Source of the DNA: Klebsormidium nitens
Taxonomy: Eukaryota; Plantae; Klebsormidiophyceae
Assembly (NCBI GenBank): GCA_000708835.1
Contig: DF237704.1
Location: 1 to 36,920, forward strand
Direction: 5' to 3'
Length of the DNA: 36,920 nucleotides
Shown here: piece after piece, positions 9,301-21,169 of the stretch
Position numbering within the stretch: the stretch's first letter is position 1
Layout of the letters: every line of letters starts with the position of its first letter
Notes under the pieces: model-generated
What the model saw: the letters and a program-made list of their open reading frames with translations, nothing else
Database searches by the model: none
What the model was told of the DNA's origin: nothing
Position numbers and translations under genes: made by a program

Positions 9301-12300
9301 AGAGGTGTGGCGCCCAAATCGCAGTTGCAATTCAAGACCAAGACCCTTTGGCTGCGTGGCTACACTCACTGCAAGGGCTTGACGAGCTTCTCGGTCTGTT
9401 CGCCGGCCGTCTCCATTCCCGTTACCCTCAAAGCGCAGTCCATGGCATACTGCAGGACAAGAGCCGGCAGTCAGTGTGGGACATCCGTGTAATTTTGCTG
9501 CGCTTCAATCGGAGACGCATTTGAAGCCCACATGGCTCGCAGCAAACCTTCAATCGTAGACAGAGCAACTTGACAGTAACGCATCGGTGACGTCAGTTTA
9601 CACGTCGAGCGATCCGCTCGCAAGCTAGCAACATTCGTCGACAGAGATATATTTTTCAAACGTCTCTCAAAGGGGCCTCGTTTGCCCCAGTACAATCGAG
9701 GAAAGCGCATTAGATTAGGTGGCGACCCGTTTGCCAAACATTTGAACCCGTGGCAGGTATGATCTAACAACGACTCGTCCCTTTCGCCTCGGGTTTATCA
9801 GGAAGACTGCAGGTTCGGTCAAACCTGGCCACGTAACCTGGCTCCGTTTTGAGCCCATCGTAGAACTTGGCCTTATGCGCAAAATCTTGGCCTTTCGAAG
9901 AATGACGTCTGAGTCATCGAAAGGTCCAAGATCTGCGCTTCAGGCAAAGTTCTGCCATCGGCTCAAATCGGACTTGGATCAAGCAGCCAAGTTTGACCTT
10001 ATGTGCAGTAGAAGGAAACGACAACCAGTGCGCCTCACCAGGAGCCGTGCCATGCGCTTCTGCAGGTCCAGAAGTTTGCAGTACACAGGGATCGGGAACG
10101 GCGCACGCCAAAAGTCGGGCTCCGAGGCCGCCTCGTCGATCAGCGGGCCCTGCTTGGCCATCAGCGCAGCGAGGGTCTTTTCCGTCGCGGCGACCTGCTG
10201 CACGGCCTTCTGACGACACCTGGAGAAAGCAGGGGAAGGCACGTGCCGTTTTAATGGTATGGCGAACAGGACCTGTGTGGAAAGCTCTGTCTGGAACGTC
10301 TTTTGACCGGGCAAGAACCGGTCGGCACAAAGGAAGCGCACGAGTGAAAGACTTAAGAGTAAATGAAGACAGTTTGATTTCAACTGAAGAGGTAAGAAGA
10401 GGTTGGCTAACATCGGCTTTCGCTAATGTTAGTGGCCGGGGTCGTTAATTTCTGCTTGATGACGTGTTACAGTCGATCTAATGGACTGAAAAGAGTGCAA
10501 GGCAGCGGCAGAGGGCAGCCCTGAGGAGATCACAGTAAAGCCGATCACTGGAGTTACAGCAAGAAAACCGGAAAAGCATTTGCTGCTGAAGCTGAACCAA
10601 TGTAGAACCGGGACCCACGTTTGCATTCAATTAAGACCTAGATTGAGCGGTTTCAAAGCCCAACAACTCACTGCATGCACTCCTCCTCCATGTAGGACCG
10701 CACAATGGCCGCGAAGCAGGCGCGCGCGTCTTGCAGTGCGGAGATGAGCGCCTCGCGCACGAGCAGCGCCGCACGGTTGGGCCACACGCACGTCTCTACC
10801 ACGATGAACGTCACGATACCGATGCACGTCTGCCACGGAACAACGTCAAATGACACGTCAAGGTTCAGCTAATTTGCATGCTCCCGTTACAAGAACAAGG
10901 CCTGATTTTGGTTCTGAGCTTCATGCATTGCAGTGGTGCTTATGCTTCATTCGTTTCAGATATCTTCCACGGTAGGCATGACAATCCCGACTCTTGCTTG
11001 CGCTTCTGTTATCGTGGGGAATCCCCTACGCGCTAGGGCAAGGGCAAACCGACTCAGGCAAGAGAGTCACGCTAAAGTTAGATTTAGCTTTGTGACTCTG
11101 CATACATATTTCCCGAGAGGGTCCGTATAGCAAATTGAATCTGCAGAGATACCCATGCGAAGGTCCACGATGAGCAGGTTTGGCTCTATGGGCTCGCAGT
11201 GACTGACCTCTGTGATCCTCCCCAGCGCATAGTCCTGCACATTCTGGTTGGAGCTTTTGTAGCCCAACATGATGATGGCCGCCGTGAAGCCAGCCACGAC
11301 GCCCGAGTAGCCATACGCTTTGCTGCAACAGCAAGGAAGTGGAATTTGTGTCCGCTTTGCTATCTGGATGTTGAACCTTCCGCAGATCACCACGATTCGC
11401 CGAAGACGAACGTGCAAAGGCAAAGATGTCTTTTCCGCTCGTCGAGGAGAAGCTTCTGGAGAACTGATTACATCTGATGAAAGTAACGATTTCGTGAAAC
11501 GCATGTACATCAGAGCAAGACTTGAAAATTGGTGGCTAAGGAAGCCCTACAACCGCAATCTCCGAAACATCTGGCATACCTTCTGCTCCCGGTCGTGAAA
11601 GCATTTCCTAATGAGCCCATTCAGTTGCAACTCAAGCAGCAATACATCAACCTTCGTAGAACGAATCAAAATCCTTTTGAGCACTTCAAAGGAAAATCCT
11701 GACAAACTGACCCCGGCATTGGAAGCCCTCTATCGTCAGGTTGCTCAGTTGCAATTCAAGCTGCCGCCGCTTCCAAATTCGTTACAGACGGGTCATCCTT
11801 CTCTTAACAACAAACATATCTTTTCCCGTTTTTCTTTAAAGTGACATTCCTTGTCTGGCTTTCCTTTATCCTTGCTGAAGAGTCGCAGTCTTACCTGTAC
11901 CGTATGAAGGTGACAAGCGCAACCCAGGGCACAAGTAGCGCGCCTACGGCGACCGGATGTCCGTGCACGACCAGAATCACAAGGTACCCGTAGATCGCCC
12001 CAGCCACAGTGCCCTGGAGAAAAAGAAAGAAACCATGGATTGAGATGGAATATCAGATCTTATGACATCCAGAGACAGTTCCATGATGCACAATGATCTA
12101 TGTGATGAACGTAGGTACTACTATTTAGATTGAGGATCTTGAACGACTGACGTTAAAGAAGACTCAGGGAGAAGCTCTCTGAGACTACCAACGAAGCCAG
12201 GCCTCAAACAGATTTTCCTGCGGAAAAGACGCCTGCCTGTCTTGCTAATCGGCATATGATCAGCTGCAAAGTTCGCTGACCTGGAACCGATTGAGCGCAG

Positions 12301-15300
12301 TTCGGAAGCTACCCCCCTGGTAACCGCCCACTAGCACCCCCACAGTGGCGGCTGCCAGAAACGGAAAGGGGCTATCTACTTTCATGCCGAAAGCGGCAGC
12401 AGCACAGATAGCTATGGCATATCGGAAAGCGCTCTGATGTACGACAGGGCCAAATGAGATAGAAGCGAAGATAAATCCAGGTCGACCAGCAGGAAAGAAC
12501 GGAGAACGAGCAGAGCAGTGAACAGATTGAGCAAGGCAAAGGCAGGTGTATGACAGCCACGTGACAGGATTGGATGACGGCGATGTTGACGGATGCAGAC
12601 GGGGACCGGGTAGGAGACGTGGACGAAAGCGGGGAACATGCAGAGAAAGGACGCGACTGCTTTAGGATTGGGTCGCCGGAAGTACCTGGAGACGAAGCCA
12701 CGCGGCCCGAAAGCTGGTCCCTTGGTAGCCCCCGATAATGAAAGCTATGGTGACAACAGCCCAATAGCCGTAGTTACGCCCAGCAATGATTCCTAAGAGG
12801 CCTCCCACGCCCACGGCACACGCGACTTTACTGCCGGCCTGTAGGCATGAGGGGGATCCCTCAGAATTGCTCTCAAATTTTTCATGAAATCACAACTGGA
12901 TGTCTGAATTTCGTGCCTTGACCATTTTATGTTGAACGAAGAAACGTGGGAAAGGAGTCCAGCAATCAGAACGCAAGAAAGAAGCATTCAACATCCGGCT
13001 ATTTGTTCTACGCAAGTAGACCATCTTGTTTCTCGACTAATTTGCTGATCTAGAAAGCTGACATTCTAGCAGAGTTTCGGCTGGTCTGCAATGCTCAATA
13101 GCCGTTGAGAAAATATCATTTGAAGGTTCTCTAAACTGAACATCTGGAACACTTCTGCAGGACCGGGTTCCAAAGCGGACTTACCTTCAACTTCCTGGCA
13201 TCCGGCTTGAATCGCCCGGCAAACTCAAATACCCCGTCAAACCTCCTCTTTCCCTTATCCCCGTTTTTGCTTGCTAAATTGCTCGATCCCAAGGGACCAA
13301 AACCGTTCGTTTGAACACCTCCCTCTGGCATCTGGACGCTTGTTGCATCTTGTGAGCGTCTTCGTGATTTCTTGGCATCCGTGCTTCGACCGGACGATGC
13401 ACAGTTCGGGTTTGTACAAGGGGGCGCTGGCCGCATGGATTGCACAAAGGACAGGCGCGGGGTTTGGGGAGGCGGGGCGGGGGAGTCAGACAGGAGGGAG
13501 AGGGCTTCCTGGGCGATGTGCTTGACGTTGAAGAGAAAGAACTGGGATGTGATCAGGCTGCACGAAAAAGTGGCGGTGGGTTGGCCAACTCAAGAACTCA
13601 CACACGCTCTTCTAGAGCATCATCTGCATTTGGGTTTAAGAAGACGCAAGCTGACAGCCCTTTACCCAGTGCGACGAGATCCGTTGTATCAATATGGGTC
13701 AAAGTCCCCAGGGCAAGTCGGGTTGGGACTTACTCTTGTGCTTGATGCGGAGATGTCCTTATAAGACCTAAACTCCCGGCTCAAGAACTAGACGCTTGAA
13801 AGTGGTTTTGAACTACTGCAGCAGCAACCTCTTTTCTTGAAACAGAGGCTCTCATACACAGTCTGCACAGTAAATCTCGATGCTCCAAGTACTTGTCACA
13901 TGCCCAGACGTTCCACCGCTGCTTGTCTTCCTCACCTTTCGACAGAGCACTTCATCAGCGTCTCCACGTGGCTGCTTCTCTTCCGCCTACGGGGCTGGTT
14001 CAGATTCAGATCGTCAGCTTCTTCGCTCGAGGAGTCTGTCACCGGAGCACTGGCATCGCCACCCTTGACTCCGTAGTACGCCCTTTCTCGAGCGACTTGA
14101 AGAGTCGCGTCAAAGCGCCTCAAGAGCTGGATGCCTTTGCCAGCAAGCTGCTCCCCCTTTTCTGCTTTTACTGCACACAGAGGCTGGTAGTCAATAAGGC
14201 GCTGTACTCTCCGCATCAGAATTGCTTCTGCTGTATGCTCGATAGATATCTAACGAGATGTGTAAAGTGACAGGACAAGACAATTGACGTCTCCTCTTCT
14301 TATTGGATGACAAAAAGTGGAGGTGACTCTTCATCAGCTCCTGGTCGCTCTGGAACACACCGTGCTGGTGATGAGCGCCTGTTTAATGTCACTGAACATC
14401 CTAGCCCTGTCACAAAAACAATCTAGCCCTAAATCTGATCACGAAGTTCGATCGGAAAGAGAATGAGTTGTTTGCCAGGAATCGTACACCAACACGCTAA
14501 TCACCAGGCGTCAAAACAAAGGCAACGATCCAAAGTTCTGACCCAACTCACCCTTCCTGCCTTTGAACTCGTCGACAGCCACCCCAAGCACCAGTCCTGT
14601 CCAGACCCCAATGTCGACCAGGGATGGCCGCAGAATCCTAAGCAGGAGCTTTGGAGATTCGTGGATGTGCCCTGTCTGGAGCGCCATGTCCAGAGCAGCT
14701 GAATGCCCGAGCAGGGTGTCATACACCTGGAGACATGGTTCACTGAAGACTGTTAGCTTCCATTTCGGCTCTCATCTAATGATGATCTTCACTATCAGAC
14801 AGAGTTCTCTGTCGGATGGCACCAACCAAAATCCAGTGAGTAGCTTCTCTGCACTACTTTGAAGGATTCCCAGCAAACGGAGCCATGGATATAGGATGTT
14901 TTGTTGGGCAGTAGATGTCATTATTGCATATTCCCTTTCTTACTCGTTGCCCAAACATTCCGGCGGCGATCAATTGAAGAAGGACAGCTTCAAGTCGTCT
15001 GAGCATTCTCTTTTGGAGATTCCTGGCTTCAGCACGTTTTACACCACCCTTGAATCATAACAATCAACAATTCCTCAAGACCGGAGAGTAACATCCCAGA
15101 GAGACTCTTTTGTCCATCTCCACCATGAGTTGGGATTCACGGGATGGGGATTTGCCACCACAGTGCCCCACCTTGAGTAGCCGCTGCAGTTTCCTAGTTG
15201 GCGCCCCTCCAGCCCCTTCCCACCAAAGCTCTTCCTGCCTGTCTTTCATGCTCTGCAGGTTGGTCATCACCGCCTGCCGCAGCATCCCCGCCTGGACTTT

Positions 15301-15955
15301 GAGCTTCGACAGGCTGCGCCCTTCCACCGCACAGAACGCGTCCATCTGAGTACTAAGAAGCGCCGCTAGCGACTTGGCCGCCAGCTCAGCGCGGTCTCTC
15401 ACTAGAGTGGTGGCTCTTAAAGGAGTCGGGACAATCATGCTGGCAACGGCACATGCTGCTCCTAGCATCGTTGTGGCTGCGAGCCTGAGGGGAAACGTGA
15501 TTGAGGTGGTCTGGGGCCTTATTGAAAAGGTGATGAAGTCGATGCCAGCAAGGGCGAGGCCAAACTTCTTGATAAGCACGTGGACGTCTGGATAAGCTAT
15601 CAGGAAGGCCGTCCCTGTGAGGCACAGGAGCATGGCCGTGTACGAGCGGCCAAAGATCTCAACGCAGACTATGGAAGCGACGGAGGAGGCGACGCAAGCC
15701 CAGAAGACCATGACTGCGTTGTGAATAGTTCGCCCCAGGCTGGAGTCTGTGATAATGATAGCGGTGACGCTTGCAAAGAAGGCGATGGTGAGGTTGCGGG
15801 AGATCTCGGGGGTAAGCGCCAGGACTGCTGTGAGCAAGGCGGCAATTGACGTGCGGATGCCGCTGCGAACGCGCCGCCAAAAGACCTGGAAGAGGTGGTG
15901 ATGTCACAAGTAGGAATAATGATGGCAAATCCTTGATGCTGAAATACTGCACCAT
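6315..15955 (-). CDS. FUSC/ALMT-related multi-pass membrane protein (At2g28780-like family), 14 coding exons, ~1055 aa
   Basis: Phase-consistent exons: 15955-15953 (ATG), 15885-15172, 14726-14552, 14170-13936, 13557-13185, 12838-12686, 12013-11895, 11322-11208, 10829-10672, 10219-10039, 9449-9370, 8944-8351, 7022-6857, 6416-6315 (3168 nt). Recognised family motifs: WRRVRSGIRT, AFFASVTAIIITDSSLG, GYWAVVTIAFIIGGYQGTSFRAAWLRLQGTVAGAIYG, YGYSGVVAGFTAAIIMLG, YALGRITETCIG, PNRAA, EPDFWRAPF..Y.KLL, LSFNALVF..EANDLENNVRELLQ. Confidence 0.88.
7587..8347. other. Assembly gap (761 N) flanked by a 15-bp direct duplication
   Basis: CACCTGTCTTCGAAC occurs at both 7572-7586 and 8348-8362. Confidence 0.97.
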
Positions 15956-17285
15956 GGTGGTACTGAAAGTCCAGCTGAGGATGATGAGGTGAGCTTAATC
16001 TTCCACGACCAAGTGCAGCTGCAAATTGTATGCTGGCGGAATTCATAAAGAACGCTTCTACTTTCAAGGCAGCAGAATGTCGCCTGCGCAGCTTGAACTG
16101 GTTGCCACTGAGAAGAAAAGCAACTAAGGACCTTAACTAATACAGCAGGCAATGGCAGGATATCCCGGGAGTTGTAGGCGAGAATAACGTGAAGAACTTG
16201 TAAGCCCTCTGGCTGCTTAAGATAATGTTGAGCTGAGTCCAGCTTATACTCACCTGCCGGTGAACATTGCTTTTTGACACCATAATTGCAAGGTGGTGCA
16301 ATTCACTTCATTTTCCTACGGGCTTGCCCTCTTGCATGCCATGAACCTTAGATGTCTCAGCTGCAGGGGGGGGCAATAGCCAAGTCCATTAGCGACTCAG
16401 ACAGAGACTGACAAAGACGGCCTTTCCTGTCTGCCCTGCCTACTCCACTCCCTAAACCTAAAGACGGACCAGGCCTTCCTCAACTTTCAAGGCCGTCTGC
16501 TCAAAATCTAGGCGTTTCGAAGACATCTTGTGAGAATTAGATGTCACTGTTGTCTTCTCATGGCCGCCCTTCGTCTCGACTTTTGACTCGAGTGCCACTG
16601 CTCGGAGTGGCGTCCTGTGTTTGCACATCTGTTTCTGTTCAGATTCTTTAACCTGCCCACGCTTGACACTTCAAGCCTCAAGGAAAGACTTCCAAGACTC
16701 AGAGCATGCTCGTTGTGAGAAATGTCTGCTGGTCTACTTCGAGTCAAGAGTGGTGACCTTCGAACCGTCGATGTGCAATCACGAGGCTAAATGACGGCCT
16801 GAAACCAGTGTAAGTACGCATCAGCATCAAGGAGACGCTTTTGCCATACGAGCTCCTCCTGTTGCAAATGGTTTCATTTCGCGACCGACCGTTTTACCGG
16901 TACGGCATTTACAAGGTTTTCGAGCACGAAGTATTTCGATTACCTACCGAATGAGAGGCAATCCTGACTTATGTGTTCGTAGCGTTAAATGGCTGCACAA
17001 CCTAAGCTGACGAGATACACCTATCATGCAGAATCTTCATGATAAGTTTTCACTTAGGCTAGTCTTCTGCCCAAAGTCCTACATCTTGGCTAAATGTCTA
17101 GATACGGATATCTATACACAAATTTCAAGCCTTGAAGGCTCAAGTTTCAAATTTGCTCAAGTTCTGAAGCTGGTTATTTTGTGGTCCTGCAAGGATCCCT
17201 GCAAGTTGCAACTTCAAGCGAAAAGTTAGCAAGGTATCATTTTCCCCACAAAGTCAGGAGCCCGCGGCGCACTCTCTTTGGCAGG

Positions 17286-18385
17286 ATGGCTTTCGGCGCC
17301 GGGCTCTTCGTTGGGCTTTTCATGGGCATTGGGCTTGGTCGGACGGTGCTTGCCAAGCTGAAGAAAGGCACCACACGGCATGTAAGTTCTGGCAAAGCAC
17401 CAAAGTTTCCAACTGCCTCAATGCCACAATGAACCACATAGGACTTTGCAGGTTTGGCTGACGATGTTGCCAAATTGCTACATGATGAAAAGCGCCATCT
17501 ATCCAAGCAAACAACTTGTCTATCACAACCTCACCAATCCACTTGAGTAGCTTGCAGTTCATGAGGAATCAGGTCCTCTCAGCAAATGAAATGCTGTGAA
17601 TCTCGCTGCTCTCAGTCCCTCTTGCTTGATATCTGAAACCAGTTTGAGGAGAAGGTGCTTGTTATCCTGATTGCTGGGGGCATCTTCGTGATGCGCTACA
17701 ATTCCCAATTGTAGCTGCATGCTGGTCCATATCAAAGACGTCCCCATTGGTTGGCACTGCCTTTTTAGAGGAGCCTTGGACTGTGGTGGCGCCTTGCCCG
17801 GACCTCCTCGTTTTTTGGCCGCCTGCATTGAATCTTACTTTTCTGGCAGTTGATCTGATTCCCAGAAATGATTATATGGTGGCAAGTCTCTTCAAAGACC
17901 TGAGACAGCTTGGGATTCTCTTTCTTGGAGCTCTGAGTAAAATTGAAGCCAACTTCGACTCAATGAACTTCATGTCACATGCTAGCTCAACTGCAACAGC
18001 GAAACCTAGTGTTCATACCTGTCAACTTAAAGGGGTTGATGGGACCTTTTGTTTATCCTATGTCCAGGTAGTGCTGTTCGGATTCAAGCCTAGTGTCTCG
18101 GAGGAAAGGAAGTGGGCTATAGCGGCACAGTTTGAGGGCCTTGCAGAAACCATTCCCCAGGTCCAATCGTTTGAGTGGGGCACTGACGTCAGCATTGAGA
18201 ACAAAGCTGAGGGCTTCACTCATGCCTTCCTGTTGACGTTCCACTCCCAAAAGGATCGGACGGCGTATGTTGACTCTGAGGCGCACCAATCATTCGTGCG
18301 ATCTGGGATTCCTGACCTGGACAAGCTGATCATCATTGACTATCTGCCCAAGTCTGTCAAAGTCGACCCTCGGCCCTTCTTGTAG
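17286..18385 (+). CDS. Dabb / stress-responsive A/B barrel protein (HS1-like), isoform A: exons 17286-17381 + 18068-18385
   Basis: The leader MAFGAGLFVGLFMGIGLGRTVLAKLKKGTTRH|GTAAGT joins in phase 0 to CCAG|VVLFGFK...FEWGTDVSIEN..EGFTHAFLLTF...YVDSEAH...LDKLIIIDYLP, the classic Dabb signature. Confidence 0.88.
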
Positions 18386-18948
18386 AACCTGTGCCTCAGA
18401 GGTCAGTCAAATCTTCCCATTGCCCCCCGTTTTGTGAGGTTGAGAACATGATCTTTTCCGCCTTGATGTGACAAGGAGACTGCGGCTGCTTCGTCCGACT
18501 CATCCGTTTGGCTTCCGCATATTTTGACCAATCTTTTTCCGAGATGGTTGAACTTCTAGACTGCCTCTTGCTTCAACTACTAAAGTTGCTGAACTTTCCT
18601 CAACTCCCCCATTGCCTGGCGCCTGTATGGCTTCCTGCTTACAAGTGGATGATCCCTTTCAGGCAGTTGCCTGCACTTTTGCCTGATTGATGAAAGGGGC
18701 ATTTTCCCTAGGGCTGAACTCTTCCTCCTTTTCGCAAAAGTCCACTCGAAGCCGAGCAGTATTGTCTCTCGACATTCATTGCGTACATGGTTCCACACGC
18801 TTTGCTCTTTGCGGCCAAGTACACTTAGGTTACACTTCGACTGAAGCTGGAAGGATCATTCGCAATCTTGGCGCCCTCATATTTGATTGCAATCGCCTAG
18901 GAATCCCAGCATTTCTTTGTTCTTTCTAACCTCGCCACATGTCTGCAG

Positions 18949-19269
18949 ATTGTCCTCTTCAAGTTCAAGGACTCAGTGTCACTGGAGAAGAAGAAGGAGC
19001 TCATCTCCAAGTACGAGGCCTTGTCAGATAAGCCGGACCTAAAGATGAAGGCATTTGAGTGGGGCAAGGACGTGAGCATAGAGGGTAAGGCCGACAAGTA
19101 CTCGCACGCGTTCATGGCCACGTTTGCAAGCGAAGCGGACCGCACCGTGTATGTAGAACACCCAGTCCATCAAGAGTACGCTCGTGAGTTGGTTCAGTCT
19201 CTAGACAAGCTGCTTATAATCGACTACCTGCCGAGGACTGTCAAAGCAGATCCTCGGCCTTTTGCGTAG
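18949..19269 (+). CDS. Second complete Dabb terminal exon (isoform B, predicted to use the same 17286-17381 leader)
   Basis: CTAAC branch point and TGCAG acceptor, then IVLFKFK...FEWGKDVSIEG...YSHAFMATF...YVEHPVH...LDKLLIIDYLP...DPRPFA-stop, phase 0. No private first exon found in 18386-18948. Confidence 0.85.
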   Translation: MVLFKFKDSVSLEKKKELISKYEALSDKPDLKMKAFEWGKDVSIEGKADKYSHAFMATFASEADRTVYVEHPVHQEYARELVQSLDKLLIIDYLPRTVKADPRPFA

Positions 19270-21169
19270 GGCTGCCAAAGCCTTGAAAGTGGCTGCCACA
19301 TTAGTCAAGGCGGGCTTAGGAAAATAGGGTTGCGATTAGGGACGGAGCTTGTCAAGGTCGACCCAGGTTTGGAATAAGTGCAGGTAGAATTAAGCTCCAT
19401 CAGAAGACCTTCTATTTTGGCGCGGGACATACTACCTGATTGTACAAGCAAGTCGATCGGTTTTTAGCTAGGTATGGCTGTGTTTGAATCGAGTGTCTGG
19501 CCTTACCAGCTTACACTGGTGGGAGCCCACACCAACAGTACCTTCAACTTGGCAAATGGATAAGAGGGCTCATAAGCCGCCAGATCGTGAAGGCCATTGA
19601 CTAGAGTCCGTCTTACCGGCCGGCCTACAATGAAGTCGTTGTGCAATGCATGAATCTGGACAATTCGCTGACACAAGTACCCGTTAAACTAGTCGATTGC
19701 ATGCATGTATGCTCGACGCAATGCTCAACAGCTGGCCATGATTTTGCATGCTTTTGTTTCATGTGCCCTAGCTACTAGTGCATACATCTGGATTATATTC
19801 GGAGTCGATCACCGCATGTGGTCGGGAAGGATTTCAGAAGATATGCACCCATTGAAATCAGGTACAGGTCTTGCCGGCGCTGCCGCGTTGATGCTTCATG
19901 CAATCTCGAAGCTGCAGTCTGTTGCGCCCTTAACAATCCAAGTCTATGCTTCAATCATGGAGATTGCGACCGCCAATTGCAAGCCGCCATGTGTGCATAC
20001 GCAATTAATCACCATATATATGCGTATGTATGTTGATTCGCGGTGACCTGCCAGGTTGAGGCTGTCACTCGACGCTCATGCTTTCCATACTCACTATAGC
20101 TGTTAGCGAAGTACGCATATGATGGCCACGACACATTATTGTCGCACAAACGCAGGCAGTATCCAGACAAAGTTTTTCATAACGTAGTTGGCGTTATACG
20201 CATATGTCGTGTGATCATGCTAACTTTTATCATGAGACTCCTACTGTAGTAGTACACATCGACTCAGTGACTGTAGATATATCCATTCTCGCATACGAAG
20301 AGCTAGACACCATCGTGCGGCGTACGTATTCGCAGGTGGCGGCTCCGGTCGCGCGGCCCGCCCGGCTGTCCTTCCGCGTATAATGAGATCGCCGGGGCCA
20401 ACGATACACTCGTTTCCACTCAAATTTCACCGAATCATCGGATGAGCCACATGCATTGATTAACTAGCTCACATTGTATCACGTGCAGCACTGCAGCAGC
20501 CCAATCTTACTCCAAGATTCGATGATAACATAAATCCTTAAGGCTTCATCCTTGAAATACTATGGCACGTGTTTTCGTGAATTTCAGCTGCATGCTGAGG
20601 AAGGGGCAGCATGAGGAAGCAAGAAGGGATCATTGATGAAATCACCGCCAGGGCCTTCAATTGAAACGTACGTACACATAAGTGTAAGCCACACCAATGC
20701 GGACTGGACAGACTACTCGGCCGCCGTCTTGCTGCCAGGCCATAGATATGAAGGCGCATGTATGGCAGGCTTCGGAGCATCCGTTTATCCCGACAAAGGC
20801 CAGAGCACACTTGCAAACGCAGGGCGTTCTAATCACTCATCTGATTCCTCACAAGGCTAGTCCGTTTGAGTGGCAGCAAAGTGGTCACCTAAACTCCAAC
20901 CCTTTCTCTTCGATTGCAAGAAAGTATGTGAACAAGGAAACGCGACACTGGCTAGTGTCCTTCAGATGAGCGTGCGACACTGGCCTCTCTTAGCTTCTAA
21001 TTGTTTGTTGCTCCCGCGACGAGGGGAGCAAAAACTTCAATAGCACGACACTGCACACAGTAATAAGCACGATCAGAGTGCCGCCCTGTGTGTAACCTTT
21101 CACACAGCGTCACATATAAGAAAAGTCAACGAGCGCTTCTGCTTTTCAGTGTACCGCTCTGCATCATTT

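Noticed and set aside
13733-13790. Extra exon with a GTAAGT donor in the FUSC-like gene
   Set aside because: Exon 4 (phase 2) joins directly to 13557 and recovers the conserved FFLF motif. Including the extra exon breaks the phase.
16450-16462. Interstitial telomere repeat CCCTAAACCTAAA
   Set aside because: Only two imperfect units; chance or a lone telobox.
17747-18067. 107-aa N-terminal part of ORF 17747..18385
   Set aside because: It lies before a good acceptor at 18066-67, and the upstream leader exon supplies the conserved His. It is most likely open intron sequence.
18350-18950. Single two-domain Dabb polypeptide
   Set aside because: The first domain ends in a stop with a C-terminal tail matching the second domain's tail. 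No convincing donor precedes the stop, and such a join would lack the conserved His.
19300-21100. Gene, ncRNA or MITE between the Dabb and EI24 3' ends
   Set aside because: The short ORFs have no recognisable motifs. No TIR pair, tRNA cloverleaf or snRNA signature was found, only scattered 6-8 bp palindromes.
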